Assembly (NCBI GenBank): GCA_965202665.1
Contig: OZ241841.1
Span: forward strand, 2,080,001 to 2,144,000
Direction: 5' to 3'
DNA length: 64,000 nt
Source of the DNA: Candidatus Spongiisociaceae bacterium
GTDB taxonomy: Bacteria > Actinomycetota > Acidimicrobiia > Spongiisociales > Spongiisociaceae
Position numbers and translations under genes: made by a program. The notes under the pieces were generated by a model, which was not told the origin of the DNA, searched no databases, and was given only the letters and a program-made list of their open reading frames with translations. Below, piece by piece: positions 10,447 through 20,276 of the stretch (the first letter of the stretch is position 1; each line of letters begins with the position of its first letter).

Positions 10447-12362
10447 GCCCCCAAAACCTCCAAAATCTTCGCTTTCACCTCCGCCGCTTTGAACGGGCGG
10501 CCCTGCAGGGCGTTAAGGGAGACGATCGGTTTCAAGTATTCCGCTTTGAGGAGGCGGGCCAGTTGCCCCCGGTTCTGTTCGGGAATCAAAACCTGTTGGT
10601 AGGAGGCCAGCGCGGTGGCCATATTGGGGGGCAGGGGATGCAGATGGCGGAGTTTGGCGTAGGCGACCCGGTGTCCGTCGGCGCGGGCCCGGGCCACCCC
10701 CGCCCGCACCGCCGAGCAGGAGAATCCCCAACACAACACCAGCAGGTCCGCTCCGTCCGGGTCGTTCACTTCCATATCCGGGATGTCGTTGGCGATGTTG
10801 GCCGTTTTCCAAGCCCGCAGGTCGCTCATCAGCTGATGGTTGTCCGGGTCGTAGGAGACGGCGCCGGTCACCTCTTCTTTTTCCAAACCGCCGATTCGGT
10901 GCTCGAGTCCGGCCATGCCCGGCGTCGCCCACTGGCGGGCCATCGTGTCCACATCCCGCAAATAGGGCAGGAAATCCCCGTTCCAGTTGGGGCCCGGAGC
11001 GCGGCGGGTTTCCAAGCGGGGCAACCGGTCGGGGTCGGGCAGGAGCCACGGTTCGGACCCGTTGGCGATGTGGGCGTCGGACAGCAGAATCACCGGCGTC
11101 ATGTATTTAAGGGCGATGCGGCACGCCTCGATGGCCGCGTCGAAAGCGTCCGCCGGGGAGGAGGCGGCCACCACCGGCAGGGGGGATTCCCCGTGCCGTC
11201 CGTGGAGGGCGATCATCAAATCCGACTGCTCCGGTTTGGTGGGCAACCCGGTGGAAGGGCCGCCCCGTTGCACATCAACGATCACCATCGGCAACTCGGC
11301 GGTCACCGCCAGGCTGATGGTTTCGCTTTTCAATGCCAGGCCGGGGCCGCTGGTGCCGGTCACCGCCAGCGAACCGGCGAAGGCCGCCCCCACGGTCGCC
11401 CCCGCCGCCGCGATTTCGTCCTCCGCCTGGAAGGTTTTCACCCCGTAATGGGGGTGGCGGGACAGCTCATGCAGAATGTCGGAGGCGGGGGTGATGGGAT
11501 AGGAGCCGTAGAACAGACGCAGGCCCGACAGATGGGCGGCCGCGATCAGCCCCCAGGACAGGGCGGTGTTGCCGGTGACGTTGGTGTAGGTGCCGGGGGG
11601 CAGGGCGGCCGGACGCACTTCCAGCCGCCGGGCGAAGCCTTCAACGGTGATTCCGTAGTTGTAGCCCGCTTTGAGGGCGGCCAAGTTGGCGTCCCGCACC
11701 TGCTCCAGCCGAGCGAACTTTTTGCCGATCCAGTTTTCGGTCACCGTCAGGTCCCGTCCGAACAGTTGCAGGATCAGCCCCAAGGCCAGGAAGTTTTTGG
11801 AGCGCAGCACGCCCCGCCCGCTGATGCCGGTGTCTTTGACCGCCTCCATGGTCAGGGTTTCCATCGGCAGGGCATGCAGGTCGTAGGAGGCCAGCGTCCC
11901 ATCCTCCAACGGGTTGGCGTCGTATCCGGCCTTGTGCAGGTTTCGTTCGTCGAAAGCCTCCCGGTTGATGATCAGGATGCCGTCCGGGGCCACGTCATCC
12001 AGGTTGGTTTTGAGAGCGGCCGGGTTCATCGCCACCAGCACGTCCGGCTGGTCCCCGGCGGTGTGGGTGTCCCAGTCGGAGATCTGCACCTGGAAGGAGG
12101 AAACGCCGGCCAGGGTGCCCGCCGGGGCCCGGATTTCCGCCGGGAAGGAAGGCAAGGTGTTCAGGTCGTTGCCGAACAGGGCCGCCGACAGGGTGAACTG
12201 GTTGCCCGCCAGCTGCATCCCGTCCCCCGAGTCGCCCGCGAAGCGGATGACCGCTTTGTCCATCCGGTCCGGTTCGGACGGTTCTCCGTTGGGGGAGGGG
12301 CCGGTCGGCGCGGAAGGGTCGGCCGCGGCGGACGGCGGCGTGGTGGATGTTTCCTGAGTCAC
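10443..12362 (-). CDS. korA: 2-oxoacid:ferredoxin oxidoreductase alpha subunit
   Basis: FAGDSGDGMQ, FPAEIRAPAG, YPITPAS, QAEDEIAA, TSGPG, QRGGPSTGLPTK. Confidence 0.94.
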   Translation of the reverse strand: MTQETSTTPPSAAADPSAPTGPSPNGEPSEPDRMDKAVIRFAGDSGDGMQLAGNQFTLSAALFGNDLNTLPSFPAEIRAPAGTLAGVSSFQVQISDWDTHTAGDQPDVLVAMNPAALKTNLDDVAPDGILIINREAFDERNLHKAGYDANPLEDGTLASYDLHALPMETLTMEAVKDTGISGRGVLRSKNFLALGLILQLFGRDLTVTENWIGKKFARLEQVRDANLAALKAGYNYGITVEGFARRLEVRPAALPPGTYTNVTGNTALSWGLIAAAHLSGLRLFYGSYPITPASDILHELSRHPHYGVKTFQAEDEIAAAGATVGAAFAGSLAVTGTSGPGLALKSETISLAVTAELPMVIVDVQRGGPSTGLPTKPEQSDLMIALHGRHGESPLPVVAASSPADAFDAAIEACRIALKYMTPVILLSDAHIANGSEPWLLPDPDRLPRLETRRAPGPNWNGDFLPYLRDVDTMARQWATPGMAGLEHRIGGLEKEEVTGAVSYDPDNHQLMSDLRAWKTANIANDIPDMEVNDPDGADLLVLCWGFSCSAVRAGVARARADGHRVAYAKLRHLHPLPPNMATALASYQQVLIPEQNRGQLARLLKAEYLKPIVSLNALQGRPFKAAEVKAKILEVLGA

Positions 12363-12486
12363 GTTTTCCTATCGGGCGCGGGAGGCCGCGCCGAGTTGCC
12401 GTTTTTCCAGATTGTAGGACTGACTACCGTATCAAAGTTTAGCAACTTATGACAACGCCCAAAAATTCCCCTTTGAAAACCGGCGG

Positions 12487-13884
12487 TCAATGGGCGGCGG
12501 CCAGGGGAGGGGGGCGGTATCCGGCCAGGCCCGCCTTCTCCAGCGCGATCCCCGCATCCAGCAACATTTCCTCCCGCCGCCAGGGGGCGATCAGCTGCGC
12601 CGACGGGGGCGGGGTTCCGGGGGCGGTGAGGGGCAGGGCCAAAGCGGGGCATCCCAGATGGTTGACCAAGGCGGTGAACCCGCTCAGGACCGCCCGGTAG
12701 AAGACCGCCGTTCCGTCGATGTCCATATAGTCCAAGCCGATGGTTTTGCGGGGGTGGCCGACGGCGGGGGTGGCCAGCAGGTGGTAGTCGGCGAACAGCT
12801 CCCCGGCCCGGACCCGCAACGACTCCCGGCGCGCCCGGGCGGCCCGATGTCTTTCCTCCGTCACCGCCAGGGCGGCGCGCAACCGTTCCTCCACATCCCC
12901 TCCGTAGGGCATTCCCCGGGCGGTCAGCCATTCCCGGTGGATGCGGGAGGCTTCCGCCCCAACGATGGTGAAAATGTTGCGGTCGGGAACCAGTTCCGGA
13001 GCGGCGACCCGCCGCACCTCCGCCCCCAGGCCGGCCAGGTCATCGCAGAATTTTTCAAACCCTTCCCGGGTGCGGCGGCTTACCGGAATGGTTTCCAGCC
13101 AGGCCATGGGGACCGCCGTCCGCACTCCCTCCAACGTTCCGACCGCCGGGCCGGGCGGCGGGGGGGAGGCCGGACCGGGCGGGCGGGGGACGGCCGAGTC
13201 GGGGTCGGCCATCGCCCGGTACAGCAGCCGGGCGTCGCCGACGGTGCGGGTCAACGGCCCCACCGTGTCCAAGGAGGGGGCCAGCGGGAACACCCCGTCC
13301 AAAGGGATGCGACCGTTGCTGACTTTCAGGCCGACGATCCCGCACAGGGCGGCCGGGGCGCGCACCGACCCTCCGGTGTCGGTGCCCAGCGCGGCGGGTA
13401 CGATTCCCGCCGACACCGCCGCCGCCGACCCTCCGGAGGAGCCGCCCGCCGAAAGCGCCGGGTCCCATGGGTTGCGCACCGGCCCGAACCAGGGGTTTTC
13501 GGAGGAGAAACCGAAGGCGAACTCGTGCAGATTGGTCCGCCCGGCCATCATCGCCCCCGCCGCCTCCAGCCGTACGACCGCCGTCGCCGAATGTTGCGCG
13601 CGGCGCCGGTAGAAAGCCGACCCGGCCGTGGTCACCTGCCCCGCCTGGTCGATCAGGTCTTTGACCGCTATCGGAACCCCGCACAGGGGGCCTCCCCGTT
13701 CCGGGTCGGGGAGTACGTAGTCGTCTTCCCGAGCCGGGTCTTCCAGGGAAATAAAGCCGTTGATGCGGGGGTTGAGCCGCTCCGCCGCCGCCAGGTAACT
13801 GGTCCGAATTGACCGAGGGGAGGCCTTTCCTTCCCGCACTCGTCCGGAAATCTCCGCGGCTGATAAAGCTCGAAAATCCGTCAT
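12487..13884 (-). CDS. Amidase signature family protein
   Basis: GVPIAVKDL, GGSSGGS, LGTDTGGSVRAPA. Confidence 0.92.
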   Translation of the reverse strand: MTDFRALSAAEISGRVREGKASPRSIRTSYLAAAERLNPRINGFISLEDPAREDDYVLPDPERGGPLCGVPIAVKDLIDQAGQVTTAGSAFYRRRAQHSATAVVRLEAAGAMMAGRTNLHEFAFGFSSENPWFGPVRNPWDPALSAGGSSGGSAAAVSAGIVPAALGTDTGGSVRAPAALCGIVGLKVSNGRIPLDGVFPLAPSLDTVGPLTRTVGDARLLYRAMADPDSAVPRPPGPASPPPPGPAVGTLEGVRTAVPMAWLETIPVSRRTREGFEKFCDDLAGLGAEVRRVAAPELVPDRNIFTIVGAEASRIHREWLTARGMPYGGDVEERLRAALAVTEERHRAARARRESLRVRAGELFADYHLLATPAVGHPRKTIGLDYMDIDGTAVFYRAVLSGFTALVNHLGCPALALPLTAPGTPPPSAQLIAPWRREEMLLDAGIALEKAGLAGYRPPPLAAAH

Positions 13885-13916
13885 TTTGCCTCAGCGTAAC
13901 AGCCGGAAAAGGGCGG

Positions 13917-13995
13917 GGTGTTGGGTTTGGCGGCTGGTTTGTCGGGGTGGCTCCTCCGGGTGCGGTGGGGACGCATGGGGAGGCGGACATGGATT
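13917..13995 (+). repeat. Degenerate copy of the 5' part (14185-14267) of the downstream SLH gene
   Basis: GGTGTTGGGTTTG at 13917 and 14185; 26-bp identity CCGGGTGCGGTGGGGACGCATGGGGA at 13956 and 14225. Confidence 0.85.
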
Positions 13996-14031
13996 TCGCT
14001 CCGATGCATTCGGCGGGGTTTGCGGATTGAC

Positions 14032-14059
14032 TTGACAAAACGGGGGGGGGGGTTAGCGT
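14032..14059 (+). promoter_or_regulatory. Sigma70-type promoter with G11 tract in the spacer
   Basis: TTGACA 14032-14037, 16-nt spacer containing G11 (14042-14052), TAGCGT 14054-14059 (TANNNT). Confidence 0.65.
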
Positions 14060-14143
14060 TTTTGCCTGTTCGTGTTGCGGCTGTTGGGTTGCCCGCTATG
14101 GCCGCGTGTAATGATTTCCGGGCGTTTGGAAGGAGGCGTGGCA

Positions 14144-17100
14144 ATGGTACGCGTGTCGGGGAAGGTTTGGTTTGTGGGTTTGTTGGTGTTGGGTTTGATA
14201 GCGAGTTTGCTGGGGGCGGCTCCGCCGGGTGCGGTGGGGACGCATGGGGACGATGCGGATGTGGATTATGAGCCGTCGTATTCGGCCTGTGTGGGGGCGG
14301 CGACGGAGTCTTTCGGTTTTGAGGACACGGAAGGATCCTTTGCGGAGGGGGCGATTGATTGTTTGGCGCATTATGGGATAACGACCGGACGGTCGGCGAC
14401 CATGTTCGCTCCCAATGATTCGGTGTTGCGGTGGCAGATGGCCCTGTTTTTAGCTAGGGCGGCCGCGGCGGCGGGGATCGTGTTGGCGAACCCGGCGGCT
14501 GATCAGGGGTTTACGGATGTGGGGGCGGTGTCGGGGGAGGCTCGTAACGCTATCAATGGTTTGGCGGCGGCGGGGATTATGCCCGGTGTGTCGCAGTCCG
14601 CGTTTTCGCCGAATGCGTCGGTGACGCGTGGTTCCATGGCTGTGTTGTTGGACGCGTTTTTGGCGGCGGCGACGCCGGGGGCGGGGGCGTTTGGGGGTGA
14701 GATTGAGAAGTATTCGGATGTGATGGTGGATAGTTCCAATGTTTTCAATGATATTAGCGGGGTGTCTTTGAATACTTATAATGCGATTTATCGTATTTAT
14801 GAGGTGGGGGTGACGCAGGGGGTGGGGGATCATCAGTTCGGTCCGGGTCGTAATGTGACGCGGGCGCAGATGGCGGCGTTTATCACCCGGGCGTTTGCGC
14901 ATACGGTGGCTCGTCCGGCGGGGGTGTCTATTCAGGCGGAGCGGGATTCGGTGTTGGGGGAGTCGTCGGTGCAACTTATTGTGTCGGTGCGGGACGCGAT
15001 GTTTCAGCCGGTGGTGGACGCGTCGGTGGATGTGTTCCGTTCCACCGACCCTGACAACGCTTTGAATGATGATGGCAGGTGCGATACAGCTAGTGTTAGT
15101 CCGGTGGCTGGTATTGGCCGGGCGGCGTGTGAGGTGGATACGGGGGATGAGACTACGGACGCGGCGGGGGATGTCACCGCGTTGCAGTTGCAGGTGTCGG
15201 ATGCGGATGTGACGGTGTGGGCGTGGACCGGGGACCGGGATGACAAGTTTGATTCCGATGACACCACCGCCGCCCAGTTGACCGTCGGGTTTTCCAAGGC
15301 GGCCAGCCAGACTTTGGTGACCGATAACTTGGAGGAGGGGCAGACCCGGTTGGCGTTCGGGGAGACGGTTACGGTGACTATTCAGATCGCGGATGAAGAT
15401 GACAAGGCGGTAGCCGACAAAGGCAAGCGGGTGACCGTGGAGCAGGAGACCACGATCGGTACCAGTACTACGTCTTCTAATAACGCTATGACCACGGACG
15501 CGTCGGGGAAGATCGTTTTGGAGTTCACCCAGACCGACCCCAACACCAACACCGGGGACACGGCGGAGTTGGAGTTGACGTTGAGCGGCGCGCCGTCTGA
15601 TCTGCCGTTGCGGAACGAGGATGGGACGGCGTTTTCTTCCAAGACTTACATTTGGTCGGACGAGACGCCGGTGCCGCGCGCGTTGACTTTGTCCACTCGG
15701 TCCGATTTCGGGATGGCGTCCGATGAGGGGTCGGGGGCCGGGAACACGGTTACCGCTACTTTGACGGATCAGTTCGGCGACCCGGTGCGCGGCAAGAGGG
15801 TCAGTTTCTTCTCCGACACCTATTGCACCCCCGCGCAGGAAGGATCCACTTGCTCCCCGCCTGGGATCGGGGTTACGGAAAGCGGCGGCGCGTCGGTGAA
15901 AGAGGACGACGGGGTGCGGGTTTTGACCGGGACCGCCCGGTTCACGCGCACCACCGGCCGGGACGGAAAAGCCAACCTGGGTTACACCTACGATTCCACC
16001 GACAGCGTGATCGAAACCATTTGGGCTACATACCCGTTGGCGGGGAACGAGGGGCCAATAGTGCGGGGCTTTGCGGATACCGTCGTCGAGTGCGGCGAGG
16101 ACGGGGCGTTGCCGGCGGGGAGATGCCGTCCGGAGAACGACCCGGCTGATTTGACCGAGTTGACTGCGGAGCGCATTTATTACTACTGGGTGGAAGACCC
16201 GTCGGGGGCTCCGTTCACCGGGCGCATACTGGTCAAAGAACCCGAAAACAATCAGCTGGTAGTGGCCGCCGAGGAGAAGTTGATGCTGGTCGAATACGAC
16301 GGCAACGACCAGTTCGTAGACTTCGACGGTCCCACGGTGCTGTCCGAGTTCGAGAAGCCGTTGGCGGAAAACGCCGACCCTGGGGCCGCTCACCTGCGGG
16401 TCGACTTCTACCAGGAAGAAGCCGGCAAAGTCAGCAAATTTACTCTCAGCCCGGAATGGTCCAGCCTGGACCACCCCGACGGTCCAGAAGCCGGTGCCCG
16501 CGCCCGTTTCGGACAAGCCGTAGCCGTAGACAACGGAGTGATAGTGGTTGGAGCCGGCTGGCAGAGCGTTGTGGACGATATGGGTACCGCCAACGATCCA
16601 TCAGATGACGTGACGCGGGCCAATGCGGGGATGGCTTACATATACCCGAACGGGATGGGCACCGCCGCGGCCAACATCATCAAACTGGTCCCCCCCACTC
16701 CGACCGCTGAAAGCCGGTTCGGTTTTGATGTGGACATCGCGGGGAATGTGATAGTGGTCGGGAGCTTCAGCCATGGGACGAACGGGCTGAGAGAGGTCTA
16801 CGTTTACCAGCGCGGAAGCGACGGAGTTTGGCCTAAAACTCCCTCCACTACCCTGTCGCCCGGTCCCGGCGATGTGAACCTTCCCGGGGGAGGGAAAGTT
16901 CCCGCCGCTGGTTCGTCCACTTACGGGAGCGGGGTGGCTATTTCCAAGGATGAGTCCACTATCGCGGTGAACATGGGGTGGGTCTGGCCTTTGCCGCGCA
17001 TACCCAATGTGGCGACGGTGGTTTACGAAAGAACGGGCGCCAGCTGGGATTCGGATGACAACGACTCCGACGCCAGCGACAACGCCCTCCTCTGGAACCA

Positions 17101-17794
17101 CTGGTGGGGGGTGTGGAATGACCGGTCGGTATCAATATCGAAGGACGGTTCCGTCATCGTCATCGGTTCTCCCAACTGGAGCTCGGAGACGCCGGACGCC
17201 GGATCGGTGGGCGTGTTCGTTAAGCCGATGTCCGGTTGGGCGATAGCCCGCACCGCCACCGCCAACCTGAAAGCCCCCACTGAGTCCGCCTTTCAACGGA
17301 TGGGGAAATACGTGGCGGTATCGGAGGATGGGAATACCGTGGTCGCTTCCGGCCATTTTGACGCCGGAGCGACGTTTAACGGTCAACCGATTGACGAACC
17401 CGGTGTTATTTTAGTGTTCAGCAAACCGGCTACCGGCTGGGCGGACGGCGTCGCTCCGGCCTCGCTGAGTGCCTCCCGGGGCCGGGTCGATGATGTGTTG
17501 GGCCAGTACATAGCCATCACCTCCGACGGCTCGGAAGTGGCGGGCAGCCGTCACTACCGGCAGGAAGGCGACATGCGGGGTTCGGTGGTGGTGTATAAAC
17601 GTCCCGCTGGCGGCTGGGCCGACGACAGCACCCCCGATGACGAATTCCTGGGTCCCCGCGTAAACGTCCGGTTGGGATGGCAGACCACCTATGACAGGAC
17701 CAACAACGACCTGTACTCCGGGTTGCGCGAGAAGAACACTGTAGAAGGCTTGGACTTCCCCAGGTTGCTTACCGTTTACCAGATCACCCGATAA
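14144..17794 (+). CDS. Secreted surface protein: signal peptide, 3 SLH domains, Ig-like region, C-terminal FG-GAP beta-propeller
   Basis: AGGAGG RBS before ATG 14144; three F.D...AI..L...G...G...F.P...V.R..MA repeats; TVTATLTDQFGDPV; about 7 FG.SVA/G.V.VY blades. Confidence 0.88.
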   Translation: MVRVSGKVWFVGLLVLGLIASLLGAAPPGAVGTHGDDADVDYEPSYSACVGAATESFGFEDTEGSFAEGAIDCLAHYGITTGRSATMFAPNDSVLRWQMALFLARAAAAAGIVLANPAADQGFTDVGAVSGEARNAINGLAAAGIMPGVSQSAFSPNASVTRGSMAVLLDAFLAAATPGAGAFGGEIEKYSDVMVDSSNVFNDISGVSLNTYNAIYRIYEVGVTQGVGDHQFGPGRNVTRAQMAAFITRAFAHTVARPAGVSIQAERDSVLGESSVQLIVSVRDAMFQPVVDASVDVFRSTDPDNALNDDGRCDTASVSPVAGIGRAACEVDTGDETTDAAGDVTALQLQVSDADVTVWAWTGDRDDKFDSDDTTAAQLTVGFSKAASQTLVTDNLEEGQTRLAFGETVTVTIQIADEDDKAVADKGKRVTVEQETTIGTSTTSSNNAMTTDASGKIVLEFTQTDPNTNTGDTAELELTLSGAPSDLPLRNEDGTAFSSKTYIWSDETPVPRALTLSTRSDFGMASDEGSGAGNTVTATLTDQFGDPVRGKRVSFFSDTYCTPAQEGSTCSPPGIGVTESGGASVKEDDGVRVLTGTARFTRTTGRDGKANLGYTYDSTDSVIETIWATYPLAGNEGPIVRGFADTVVECGEDGALPAGRCRPENDPADLTELTAERIYYYWVEDPSGAPFTGRILVKEPENNQLVVAAEEKLMLVEYDGNDQFVDFDGPTVLSEFEKPLAENADPGAAHLRVDFYQEEAGKVSKFTLSPEWSSLDHPDGPEAGARARFGQAVAVDNGVIVVGAGWQSVVDDMGTANDPSDDVTRANAGMAYIYPNGMGTAAANIIKLVPPTPTAESRFGFDVDIAGNVIVVGSFSHGTNGLREVYVYQRGSDGVWPKTPSTTLSPGPGDVNLPGGGKVPAAGSSTYGSGVAISKDESTIAVNMGWVWPLPRIPNVATVVYERTGASWDSDDNDSDASDNALLWNHWWGVWNDRSVSISKDGSVIVIGSPNWSSETPDAGSVGVFVKPMSGWAIARTATANLKAPTESAFQRMGKYVAVSEDGNTVVASGHFDAGATFNGQPIDEPGVILVFSKPATGWADGVAPASLSASRGRVDDVLGQYIAITSDGSEVAGSRHYRQEGDMRGSVVVYKRPAGGWADDSTPDDEFLGPRVNVRLGWQTTYDRTNNDLYSGLREKNTVEGLDFPRLLTVYQITR

Positions 17795-17819
17795 GTAGTT
17801 TCACGCAACCCAACACGCC

Positions 17820-17855
17820 AGGAGGCCTCCCTGCCCCGAAGCGGGGAGGTTTCCT
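17820..17855 (+). terminator. Hairpin terminator after SLH gene
   Basis: AGGAGGCCTCCC...GGGAGGTTTCCT inverted repeat with G-U pairs. Confidence 0.55.
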
Positions 17856-17969
17856 GTTCGGACATAATAGGCGACGCCGGGCAGAAGCGGTGGATTTATT
17901 GGACGGACGGCGTAACAAGCTCCCCGGCCCCCGGCGGTCGCCAAGCCCGTCCCGGGCGCGGGGGCGGGG

Positions 17970-19175
17970 TCAGGGGTAGTCTATGTCGGCGTCTTGGGGG
18001 TAGATCATTATCCAGGAGCGGCCGGGGGGAACGGTCATTTCCCCGCCGGAGCCGTCCCGCAGGGTGAACCATTCGGTTTCATCGGCCCGCTCCCAGGCGC
18101 CTTCCGCATAGCGGCCTTCGGCGAACACCATGGCCGGTCCCCCGCCGGTGGTTCTCCAAGCGGGGACGCACGACCCGTTACCGGAGGGAGGGCAGGCCCG
18201 GTAACGTTCCGCTCTTAGCACCACCAAATTGTCCGCCCAGATTTGCTCTGTGACATCGCCTTCCCGGCGGTGCCAGTTGTGCGGGTCCTCCCCTACGAAA
18301 CGCAGGTACCGCCCCGCTTCCCCGTCCCAGATCCAAGTGGCGTCCATCGTGTCCGACCAGTCAAAGAAAATGTAGGTGGCGATGGAGCCCACCTCGGCGT
18401 CGAGCGGGCCCCAGTTGAAAAGGGGGGCGGCGGGCGGGGTTTGTTCCAGGTTGCGCTGTTCGGCCACCCGCCGCGCCTCGAACGTGTTCAGGTAAAGGTT
18501 GTGGGGGGCCCGGCGCCGCCCCCAGCGGTGGGTGAGCGGCGGCCCCAGGTCGCCGATGAGGGGCACGTCGTTGCGGTTGATGAGGCTGACCACCCACGGC
18601 TGGGCCCCGCTGATGGCCAAGGCCCCGTTCAGGGGGCGCACCACCGTCCAGTCGGTGGGCCGTCCGGAGCGCACCGGCCCCACCCAGTCGGTGTCGCTGT
18701 GGTGAAACAGGGCGATGAAGCGGGTGATGCCCGATTCCACCACCATCTCCACTATCGCCTCCGCTTCCAGTATTCCCGACTGGGGGCGGGCGTTCCAGTG
18801 GTTGTCGATTTTCACCGCGATCACTTTCCGTTCCAGCCGGGACGGGTCCTCCACCGGCAGGCCGGTGAAAGGCGAAACCGGCCCGGCGGGGACGGCCGCC
18901 TCTTCCGCCGGCTCTTCTTCCTCTAAGCCGGGAACGGAGGTTTCCGCAACGGCGGTGGTGGTTGTTTCCCCGGAGGCGGGGGCGGCGGTGGTGGTGGTCG
19001 GCTCCGCGGTCCGGTCGTCGGCCGCAACGGCGGTGGTGGAGGTCGGGCCGTTGTCGGTTTCGGACTCGGCGATCGTACCGCTGACATCGGTTGCGGGGTC
19101 GTCGGCGGAGCCCCCGCCGCACGCCCCGGCCAGCGTAGCCGCGAGGAGCAGGCCAACGGTCGCCTTGCGTAACAT
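17970..19175 (-). CDS. DUF3048 family lipoprotein
   Basis: Lipobox AGAC, SPFTGLP, AVKIDNH..ARPQSGI, VESGITRF, GPVRSGR, RRAPHNLY. Confidence 0.9.
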   Translation of the reverse strand: MLRKATVGLLLAATLAGACGGGSADDPATDVSGTIAESETDNGPTSTTAVAADDRTAEPTTTTAAPASGETTTTAVAETSVPGLEEEEPAEEAAVPAGPVSPFTGLPVEDPSRLERKVIAVKIDNHWNARPQSGILEAEAIVEMVVESGITRFIALFHHSDTDWVGPVRSGRPTDWTVVRPLNGALAISGAQPWVVSLINRNDVPLIGDLGPPLTHRWGRRRAPHNLYLNTFEARRVAEQRNLEQTPPAAPLFNWGPLDAEVGSIATYIFFDWSDTMDATWIWDGEAGRYLRFVGEDPHNWHRREGDVTEQIWADNLVVLRAERYRACPPSGNGSCVPAWRTTGGGPAMVFAEGRYAEGAWERADETEWFTLRDGSGGEMTVPPGRSWIMIYPQDADIDYP

Positions 19176-19207
19176 TAGTACCTGATTTTGTCATACCGGC
19201 GACCCGA

Positions 19208-19681
19208 TTACAACGACCCACCACCCATCCCGCCCCCGTTCCTCCGGAAGCGGGCCATGCGGCGCAGCGGCCAATAGCGAAACACGACCGCCCCCGCCAT
19301 ATCGGAGACGGCGACCGGCCCGGCGGCGCGGCTGTCCCCGGCGGAGCGGGGCCGGTTGTCGCCCAGCGTAAAACAGGTCCCGGGGGGGATGCGCCATTCC
19401 CCATCGGGGCGGGTGGCCGCCCCCCACCAAGGATCGTCCCAAACCCGGCCGTTGATGAAAATCACCCCCCCGGCGATGGCGACGTCCTCCCCTCCCAAGC
19501 CGACGATTCTTTTAACCAGGTAGCCGCCCTCCGCCCGATACACCGCAATCTCCCCCCGCCGGGCAGGTTCCCTCCAGGGGCGGACCAGCAACCGGTCGCC
19601 CGCCCGCAATACGGGGGCCATGGAATCCTCGGCCACGTGAAAGCGGGTGAGCCGCAAGATTCGGGAAAGCCGGGAAAACAT
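19208..19681 (-). CDS. sodX: S26 peptidase, probable NiSOD maturation protease (SodX-like)
   Basis: SMAPVL.AGD, LVKRIVGL, LGDNR..DSR; divergent from sodN. Confidence 0.75.
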   Translation of the reverse strand: MFSRLSRILRLTRFHVAEDSMAPVLRAGDRLLVRPWREPARRGEIAVYRAEGGYLVKRIVGLGGEDVAIAGGVIFINGRVWDDPWWGAATRPDGEWRIPPGTCFTLGDNRPRSAGDSRAAGPVAVSDMAGAVVFRYWPLRRMARFRRNGGGMGGGSL

Positions 19682-19813
19682 GCCCCCCAAGCTACCTGCC
19701 CCCTGCGGTTTCCGTCGGTTGCGGAACGGGCGCCCCGACAGTTGTCAAAACGGGTATTATAAAAATCAACCCCGATGGGGGTTGGAGCCCACGTTCGAGA
19801 CCAAGGAGGGTTT

Positions 19814-20230
19814 ATGGGAATCCTACGTCCCGCCCGGACCGCCCGGGCCCACTGCGACCTGTTCTGCGGAGTGTACGACCCGGCGCAGGCCAGGATTGAA
19901 GCCCAGTCGGTGTTGGCGGCCGCCCAGAAGTACCACGGCAGCGACGACCAAGTGTTCCGGGCCCGGTGCGTGTCGGTGAAGGAGGCGCAGGCCGAGCTGG
20001 TCAAGCACCACCTGTCGGTGCTGTGGACCGACTTTTTCAAGCCGCACCATCTGGAAAAATTTCCCCGGTTGCACGACATGTTCTGGGGGGCGATCAAGGC
20101 GGCCGGCGACGCCAAAAAGTCCATGGATACCGCAACGGCCCAAGATCTGATAGACAAGATTGAGGCCATCTCCGAGGTGTTCTGGCAGACCGAGGAAGCG
20201 GCCGGGGTGGGCCTTTACCCGCCCTCCTGA
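19814..20230 (+). CDS. sodN: Nickel superoxide dismutase
   Basis: Leader then AHCDLFCGVYDPAQARIEA, VKHHLSVLWTDFFKP; AGGAGG RBS before ATG 19814. Confidence 0.95.
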   Translation: MGILRPARTARAHCDLFCGVYDPAQARIEAQSVLAAAQKYHGSDDQVFRARCVSVKEAQAELVKHHLSVLWTDFFKPHHLEKFPRLHDMFWGAIKAAGDAKKSMDTATAQDLIDKIEAISEVFWQTEEAAGVGLYPPS

Positions 20231-20276
20231 ACCACTCCCGGCTTGGATTCGGCTCAGGCCGCCCGTCCGGACGGGC

